A DNA stretch of 64,000 nucleotides, from positions 10,664,001-10,728,000 of the forward strand of contig CM119379.1 of assembly GCA_051294905.1 (NCBI GenBank), written 5' to 3'. A program made the translations under genes and the position numbers. Below, one piece after another: positions 60,601 to 64,000 of the stretch. The notes beneath the pieces are model-generated. The model was not told the origin of the DNA. It worked only from the letters and a program-made list of their open reading frames with translations, and searched no databases. Within the stretch, counting starts at the first letter, position 1, and every line of letters starts with the position of its first letter. This stretch comes from Botryllus schlosseri. Its lineage: Eukaryota.

Positions 60601-62829
60601 AGCCATTGTAGCTCTTGTTTCTCGCGATATCTTGCGCCAGCTCGTTATGCTTGTTCCGAATTCCAAGGCACTCGGCGGCTCCACTCTTCTCGAGAAGTAA
60701 GGTCACGAAACTCGACAAGCCGAGGCGGGCAGCAAAGTGAAACAGCGTCTCGCGGGGGACGTGAGCTAAAACAGAATTGCATTAGGCTGCGTTTTCACAT
60801 GGTCCAGGAGCATGCGGCATGCAAAAATCACTTCAAACGGAAGTGTAAAACTAGATAACCACGTCATTCTCTCTCTACAGCAGGGATTCCTAAACTAGGA
60901 GACGCGACCGCACTGGGGTCGTTTCCCTATTTTTTGGGGTCGCGAAGACGAAAATTAAATACCGATGACTATTATAAGAATGTCAATTAAGGGGATGCTA
61001 TCATTTCTGAATATTTTAGTTCATTTTTGAGTTAATAATTCTGGAATCACCCACCGGCAATGCTATTTTTTAAAATCCGAAACTTTCAACCGCAATAACT
61101 TCGCATATCTACCAGTTGTAATTTCGCCAAAATTGCAATGCATCGTTTATTTATAGTCCTGTAGAATTTGGTCTAAAAATTGGTCAACCTAGAAAAAATT
61201 CTTATAAAGACGTATTATATACCGGTGGAAAGATTATTTTACCAGCTTTTCAATGATAGGTTTTGTCACTTTTTTACCTTGGGGAAAAAAAGTTATGACC
61301 AAAAACGTGCCATGGGGTAAAAATTGAAATTGGGGAAAAATTAGCACAAAAATATGAACAAAAGGCTAGAAACTAATGAAATATCAACAGAAAATATAAA
61401 AACAGAAACAGAAAAAGGATATAGATGCAAAAGGAGTAAATGAAAACAAAAATATAATTATATATCTGTTTCAGGGAGTAAGGGTGAGCAGGACAGGGGG
61501 TGTGGGGTCTGGGGGCGCAAGTAGAGCTGTCGTTGTTCGTTATAACTTCATTATGTTATTGTTTATTTACTATGGTCCGTCTCATTTACCTTGCTTGTTT
61601 TTTTAGATAGTGCTTAGTCAAAAGGAAACAGCAATTTGCGTTAAGTGTAGAAAAGGCTATCGGACTGGAGATTCAATGTGTCCCATTGCAGCTTATTTCT
61701 GCGAGAGTGATAGTATCACACACCCTTAGGACTAGAGTTGCATTTAAAACAAAAATCAATTAAAAACAAACATGTTTAAAAGAAGGACCTAATTTAAAAC
61801 ATGTTTTTTTTGTTTTTAAACCATGACGTCATGAATATTCAATTGTGACGTCAAGGATTGAAATTGACTATTGAAAATATAGGGTAAATATAACCTCTTT
61901 GACAAAATATCTGTACTACAACTGTTGAACCGACTATTTTGAGGGTTCCAACTTCCATCCATCCCATAACGATATACGTCGGCTAAATTGGGTGGTAATT
62001 GTCCGTGTGCTCATACAACATGATTTTGGAGAGTATTTACACAATTATGGCATAATTTTATAACTTAAAAAAATACAATTTTGTTTTTTTTTAATATGGC
62101 TTTTGTTTAAAATATTTTTTAAACAGATTGTTTTGCAACAGCATTTCTTTTAAATGCAACCCAACTTTGGACACTATAATTGGTCATTCATTGAAACTGG
62201 ATTGTGAAACGCTGATCGCAACTTTTCCGAAAAATTAAGAAAATGGCCATATTACGTACATCCACACGTCATGCCGTAATTTATTGGGAAACAATGCGAG
62301 ATCCAAGAAACGTTTGTGGTGGCTTTATCGAAAAATTGGTATTTCTTCACTTGCAAATAATCTTTCTCTGAGAAATGTTATTTGACCTGTCGGGTTCAGA
62401 TTGCCACGATAGAATAATTAGACACGAGCCATTTAGACAGCTATGGACAATTAGATAGGCTTATATTTATTTCGAAGTTCACGGTCAACATAAGGGCAAC
62501 AAAGGTTTTCTCGCAGATTGGCACACTTTTTAGAATACTATATTGGCAAATACTTCGTATGTTTTTTTGCATCGCGGCGTGGTAATGGTCGAAGTCGAAA
62601 TGCCTATTTTTATTTTCTATAAATCATGATTTTTGGTGGGGGACGGGTACTCAATAATCAAAAATTTGGCAAAATGAAATCCCGTCCAGCGCGAAAGAAA
62701 TTGAAAAGAGTTGCATAAATTGTTAATAAGAGATGTATAAATAATTTATGTTCATTCACCGACATAATTTCGTGCCCCTTCGAGCTCGGGACCCCCAATT
62801 GGACGATTTAGGATGCGGCAGTTACGGTC
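545..62829 (-). CDS. AKAP13: Multi-exon Lbc-family Rho guanine-nucleotide exchange factor (AKAP13/ARHGEF28/ARHGEF18-like); partial, with the 5' exons and the DH-PH/C-terminal exons outside the window
   Basis: GT-AG exons join in compatible phases across the window. Diagnostic peptides: PRETLFHFAARLGL (ankyrin-like N-terminus; AKAP13 recalled as PRETLMHFAVRLGL), RRPHSW...HKRSQSYQG, KVSRKISFL, and EPEAWSVTVSKKQLDKMHKKNIKRQDNIF (pre-DH/DH start, xAESWS...KRQDVIYE in the family). The symbol marks the family; this is probably a co-ortholog of the vertebrate paralogs. Confidence 0.85.
761..792 (-). CDS. RhoGEF exon (VSGSNESIDD)
   Basis: tttcttttcag acceptor, G|gtacgt donor; 32 nt, phase 2 to 1; 72-nt intron to the next exon; resembles the family SxESLxDEG motif. 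Confidence 0.8.
1553..1630 (-). CDS. RhoGEF exon (FYKDDGDSSSIHSGSRTPPHLSHHN)
   Basis: ttcttctattag acceptor, AC|gtgagt donor; 78 nt, phase 2 to 2, open in the required frame. Confidence 0.75.
1951..2003 (-). CDS. RhoGEF exon (TYETGSRVSDSTDGRFS)
   Basis: ccattttacag acceptor, AG|gtaagt donor; 53 nt, phase 0 to 2. Confidence 0.75.
2085..2173 (-). CDS. RhoGEF exon (PATTTPFFAPDGRVHGLPVRPGPAFRPNS)
   Basis: Strong ttttttgtgcttctcag acceptor, TCG|gtgcgt donor; 89 nt, phase 1 to 0; locally GC-rich; 81-nt downstream intron. Confidence 0.65.
2504..2540 (-). CDS. RhoGEF exon (KGQSSGNANRTN)
   Basis: ttttgatttcag acceptor, A|gtatga donor; 37 nt, phase 0 to 1; bridges the phase-0 donors at 7248 and 4991 to the phase-1 exon at 2173. 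Confidence 0.6.
4991..5275 (-). CDS. Probable alternative first coding exon (MDFLREDYRDKDRAPDRRGSSGHVKRKHSF...HVDVPK, 95 aa)
   Basis: GC-rich part of ORF 4898-5455; first in-frame ATG at 5275; AAG|gtattg phase-0 donor; no good phase-0 acceptor upstream. Confidence 0.7.
7248..7336 (-). CDS. RhoGEF exon (DNLTENKDKEAANKEGTRDFSWRAVKNKPK); common phase-1 acceptor exon after the 34-kb intron
   Basis: catctcctttgcag acceptor, AAG|gtaagg donor; 89 nt, phase 1 to 0. Confidence 0.8.
10881..10914 (-). CDS. Candidate short alternative first exon (MCKQNSSVLKG)
   Basis: ATG open to a G|gtaaga donor in phase 1, compatible with the 7336 acceptor; no homology support. Confidence 0.3.
11023..11600 (+). mobile_element. 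hAT-type MITE, GACTCGAGTC-rich family (full copy)
   Basis: TIRs cagggttgtaa / ttacaaccctg; perfect 8-bp TSD gatattac (11015-11022, 11601-11608); clusters of subterminal gactcgagtc palindromes. Confidence 0.9.
20590..20783. mobile_element. Degenerate agaggac-motif MITE fragment (related copy at about 59470-59631)
   Basis: Shared aaaagaggacgatttgcgaaaaa...gaaaa(g/c)agaggaca blocks ending in ...cccta; boundaries approximate. Confidence 0.5.
20795..20825. repeat. Imperfect (TG)n microsatellite
   Basis: ttgtgtgcgtgtgtgtgtatgtatgtgtgag. Confidence 0.7.
22771..23043. mobile_element. hAT/Buster-type MITE (273 bp)
   Basis: Ends (ag)gtggttctcaaact / agtttgagaatcactg; 8-bp TSD gtgtaggg on both sides. 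Confidence 0.8.
24347..25550 (-). CDS. Large (401-codon) probable alternative first exon encoding a Ser/Arg/Lys-rich disordered N-terminus
   Basis: 425-codon ORF 24297-25574 (TTG start); first ATG at 25550, ACCATGG context five codons later; CTGG|gtatgt phase-1 donor at 24346 fits the 7336 exon. A second donor, CTG|gtgagt at 24314, is phase 0. Confidence 0.8.
25650..25697. repeat. Perfect 2 x 24-bp tandem duplication (agaaatccgattacagaatcaatc)
   Basis: Directly visible, about 100 bp upstream (minus strand) of the 25550 ATG. Confidence 0.9.
25719..25753 (-). promoter_or_regulatory. Putative internal promoter elements: NF-Y CCAAT box (ggccaatcag) and CRE-like TGACGTAG
   Basis: Motifs 170-200 bp upstream of the large exon's ATG; function not demonstrated. 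Confidence 0.4.
31420..31487 (-). mobile_element. End of a TAGGG/gttgca-motif MITE (same family as 59223-59438)
   Basis: The reverse complement tagggcaagtttttgttgcactaaaatcgcgagaaagttgcactt matches the 59223 left end; flanked by ctgatcag. Confidence 0.65.
32185..32257 (-). CDS. Candidate alternative first exon (MSNLCWNLYFQDFNHHQGQLRSKR)
   Basis: ATG just after an in-frame TAA, 24 open codons, strong G|gtaagc phase-1 donor. Confidence 0.4.
41149..41209 (-). CDS. RhoGEF exon (VKKPGDSKNGASGGRTLTVE)
   Basis: ttgtgtgtag acceptor, G|gtaaga donor; 61 nt, phase 0 to 1; links 43046 (phase 0) to 7336 (phase 1). Confidence 0.75.
41590..41626 (-). ncRNA. Minimal type-I hammerhead ribozyme motif (Penelope-like), on the same strand as the host pre-mRNA
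   Basis: 5'-aaccc CUGACGA G ugucagc C GAA AAUAUU C ggguu-3': core CUGANGA/GAAA, 5-bp helix I, vestigial helix II, palindromic helix III AAUAUU, UC cleavage site (between 41593 and 41592). Confidence 0.65.
41644..41677 (+). ncRNA. Minimal type-I hammerhead ribozyme motif (Penelope-like), inverted partner copy
   Basis: accc CTGACGA G tgtcagc C GAA AATATT C gggt; predicted cleavage after 41673. Confidence 0.6.
41921..42631. mobile_element. hAT/Buster(Charlie)-type MITE (711 bp)
   Basis: TIRs cagggccggccaacc / ggttggccagccctg; perfect TSD ggttaaga; subterminal ggcccgcg repeats. Confidence 0.9.
43046..43220 (-). CDS. RhoGEF exon (PTNFDVDEDSPSKRGKPPPPAVPPKPQVPLKPDGQPSKNKVSRKISFLTKMRGSQRPK)
   Basis: tttgtaatgcag acceptor, AAG|gtacgt donor; 175 nt, phase 2 to 0; KVSRKISFL resembles the recalled AKAP13 KVSRTFSY motif. 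Confidence 0.85.
44685..44774 (-). CDS. RhoGEF exon (EMIEKTDGTEDYSESRNATQKMSLSEFLA); could also be a first exon from the ATG at 44782
   Basis: GA|gtaagt donor (phase 2); ggacag acceptor after an AG-free tract gives phase 2 to 2; an in-frame ATG lies 8 nt upstream of that acceptor. Confidence 0.65.
46120..46170 (-). CDS. RhoGEF exon (NHREYIAALQELQRRH)
   Basis: tattatcacgcag acceptor, GA|gtatgt donor; 51 nt, phase 2 to 2; amphipathic-helix-like peptide. Confidence 0.7.
   Translation of the reverse strand, partial: QPSRVHCCTARVTTPT
46674..47211 (-). mobile_element. GACTCGAGTC-family hAT MITE (full copy, opposite orientation to 11023)
   Basis: cagggttgtaa...ttacaaccctg; perfect TSD gatcagaa. 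Confidence 0.9.
48126..48136 (-). CDS. 11-nt microexon (GTCAAGAGAAC; VKR plus 2 nt)
   Basis: tatttttacttacag acceptor and gtgagt donor 11 nt apart; supplies the phase 0 to 2 change needed between the 50156 donor and the 46170 acceptor. Confidence 0.6.
49150..49524 (+). mobile_element. GACTCGAGTC-family MITE, 5'-truncated copy
   Basis: Aligns with 11225-11600; ends ttacaaccctg. Confidence 0.85.
50156..50240 (-). CDS. RhoGEF exon (QSYQGNELLRVSPERQVELTPEEKAEQA)
   Basis: ctctatacag acceptor, GCG|gtatgt donor; 85 nt, phase 2 to 0; 58-nt upstream intron. Confidence 0.8.
50299..50450 (-). CDS. RhoGEF exon (STGEEDEEESDEDDRGSSPSRRPHSWHSVEKLNESKPDVIPKADVISHKR)
   Basis: cttgcttttag acceptor, AG|gtagga donor; 152 nt, phase 0 to 2; only this frame is open. 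Confidence 0.85.
50591..50688 (-). CDS. RhoGEF exon (HLDPFGVEDHSTPHPVRTPHPQHEEALETTSD)
   Basis: ttagtttccag acceptor, GAT|gtgagt donor; 98 nt, phase 1 to 0. Confidence 0.75.
51209..51653. mobile_element. hAT/Buster-type MITE (445 bp)
   Basis: TIRs cagtggttcccaacc / ggttgggaagcactg; TSD tcataaat / tcgtaaat. Confidence 0.85.
52978..53521. mobile_element. Nested hAT/Buster-type MITE (544 bp)
   Basis: cagaggtgggca... / ...tgcccacccctg; perfect TSD atctaata. Confidence 0.85.
54430..54972 (-). pseudogene. hATm-like transposase C-terminal fragment (left arm), frameshifted
   Basis: YFPSWFEIK...IVDGAKNL...QRKAYFAHPDN and HPWHNQAVERGVKVVTKA (PCHxQAVERxVKxVTEA-type motif). Confidence 0.75.
55100..55641 (+). 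pseudogene. hATm-like transposase C-terminal fragment (right arm), frameshifted, with a deletion
   Basis: YFPSWFEIKRHNFIVDGAKNFCN and HPWHNQGVERDFKVVTEA; lacks the AYFAHP segment present in the left arm. Confidence 0.75.
56628..56783 (-). CDS. RhoGEF exon (DNLRELQKIHSDIQYIRQKDITRLQQSSPSENVRLSNSCPNLGKDESFVST)
   Basis: aattttgcag acceptor, G|gtttgt donor; 156 nt, phase 1 to 1; lies within ORF 56488-56775. Confidence 0.75.
57321..57703 (-). mobile_element. GACTCGAGTC-family MITE, truncated copy
   Basis: Reverse complement of about 11023-11390; ends ...gagccttgtgac...ggttacaaccc. Confidence 0.85.
57832..58258 (-). CDS. RhoGEF exon, acidic Tyr/Pro-rich (DSIILETMISEQE...YDDDRPPPVPPKPMDLYEDD...GVPGIL)
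   Basis: ORF 57746-58237 extended upstream to an AG (58258 phase 0, or 58263 phase 1); TTAG|gtgaga phase-1 donor. Confidence 0.8.
58333..58755. mobile_element. TAGGG-ended hAT MITE (423 bp)
   Basis: taggg-aattttttt / aaaaaaattgcccta; perfect TSD ctcatgac. Confidence 0.85.
58930..59029 (-). CDS. Possible RhoGEF exon (SQNMITLPSDRDSFNLMYEESLRLSILRRTCSL)
   Basis: ctgtttttcag acceptor; only the phase-2 frame needed after exon 60582 is open; weak CTG|gtagag donor (phase 0). Confidence 0.4.
59223..59438. mobile_element. TAGGG/gttgca-motif hAT MITE (216 bp)
   Basis: aagggaaagttttggttgca / ttgcaaaaacttgcccgcccta; TSD gtgatcac / gtgattac; repeated aaagttgca motifs. Confidence 0.7.
60582..60765 (-). 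CDS. AKAP13: RhoGEF exon: N-terminal ankyrin-like module (HVPRETLFHFAARLGLSSFVTLLLEKSGAAECLGIRNKHNELAQDIARNKSYNGLADLIT)
   Basis: ttctgttttag acceptor, GA|gtgagt donor; 184 nt, phase 1 to 2; TLxHFAAxxG ankyrin signature. Confidence 0.9.
61733..62164. mobile_element. TAG-ended hAT MITE (432 bp)
   Basis: tagagttgcatttaaaa / ttttaaatgcaacccaa; TSD cttaggac / ctttggac. Confidence 0.75.
62760..62829 (-). CDS. Possible upstream RhoGEF exon (DRNCRILNRPIGGPELEGARNYV)
   Basis: tgatctcttaccag acceptor, G|gtgaat donor; phase 0 to 1, matching the phase-1 start of exon 60765; no homology support. Confidence 0.4.
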
Positions 62830-64000
62830 CTGGTAAGAGATCAAAGTTCGGTCGCTGTTACCTGGTTGCGATTTTACTATTGGAAATATTTTGCGCTTCA
62901 ATCGCATATATATATATTATTTGCATGTGGTATATTCGGGGTCAAATCAAGGTCGTTATAACAGTCATCGCGGTCGGGCTCATACCATGTGCTTCGAATC
63001 AGATGTACGCAATCCGAATTCCCATTTGATGTGATTGGCAATACGGGAAATTAAATGTATTGGGTTTTGTTTTAGTGCTTTGTGTGACTATGGTAAATCA
63101 ACATGGGAATGTCATGGAGATATCTGCCCACATTGAATTTGGTACTGCACCCAGTTATTCATTTTAACACGAATGTATTCCAAACAAAGCTCCGCTCCGC
63201 GACGATGTTGACTGCATATGATTTCTTAAATATAGTAGCCTTAACAGCCCCTAAAGCACGGTAACTGAATATATTTTCGAATATTACACCAATGCATGGG
63301 TATTGTGTTATTATAAACATTTTGCGTTAGTCGAGAAAATAAATGTTGCGATTTCGTATGTAGCAACCTCCGACTAACTGTCGAAAGTATGCACCCTCCC
63401 CCCGACCAAATATACTTAGATATTTCTGCCACTTGAAGTAGTTTTCACGTGTCTTAGAAATTACTACTTATACTATTAATTGAGTAGAAAATATAGGGCG
63501 TTACTTGTGCTACCTTTAGCAACACCTATCACTTTTGCAATTTCTAGTTCAGTGGTTCTCAACCGGGGGTCTGCGAAGCCTCTAAATTTACAAAATAGTT
63601 GATAACCTAATTTATATTGTTAAAATTAGGAAAATCACGAGGCTGCAGTTTTGCTTCATTACAGTAGAACTCACATCAACAGGAAGGCCGTCTGAGATGG
63701 AATATCCTGCTGTGTGGACTCATTTTAGTTGCTAAATTGCCAATAGCCCACTGATACAAATATTTGGCTGTATAAACGTGTTTTGTTGGGCATTGTGTAA
63801 AAACAAATGGTTGGATTAGTAAAGTCAATCACGAAGACTTCGTAATGTTCGCAAAAATCCGTTTTCGCCTGTGATATAGGCCTACATAACCATTTTCCCT
63901 AATAACTCCAAGGTGAGCTGCTAGATATAAATTAACAGGCTTGACGTTATATGTTCAATAAAAAATATCGTTTGTCAATTTTGGTGTCATCATTGTTGCG

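Noticed and set aside
60582-60765. Calling the ankyrin exon PIK3AP1/BANK1/Dof
   Set aside because: The HFAA..GL...NKH pattern resembles those adaptors, but PRETL and the in-phase downstream Lbc-type DH start favour the AKAP13/ARHGEF28 family.
60881-61500. cagggattcctaaact MITE-like start followed by AT-rich transposon-like sequence
   Set aside because: No matching right TIR or TSD found, so boundaries and family cannot be supported.

Overview
Eukaryotic, AT-rich, intron-rich genomic DNA from an invertebrate (58-81 nt introns and mosaic CpG content suggest a tunicate, but this is inference). Nearly the whole window is one minus-strand gene for an Lbc-family RhoGEF (AKAP13/ARHGEF28/ARHGEF18-like). 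I reconstructed a phase-consistent chain of about 20 exons, from the N-terminal ankyrin-like module (60.6 kb) to the start of the DH domain (0.55 kb); the gene continues beyond both window edges. A 34-kb CpG-rich intron (7.3-41.1 kb) holds a 401-codon exon that probably starts its own transcript, plus several short candidate first exons in the same splice phase. Introns contain about a dozen hAT-type MITEs with 8-bp TSDs, a nested three-element cluster, a 2.37-kb near-perfect palindrome built from two copies of a hATm-like transposase 3' end, and a 72-bp inverted repeat whose arms each carry a minimal type-I (Penelope-like) hammerhead ribozyme motif. No rRNA, tRNA or CRISPR array is supported. 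All exon calls were made by eye, and all protein similarities are recalled from memory, not from database searches.
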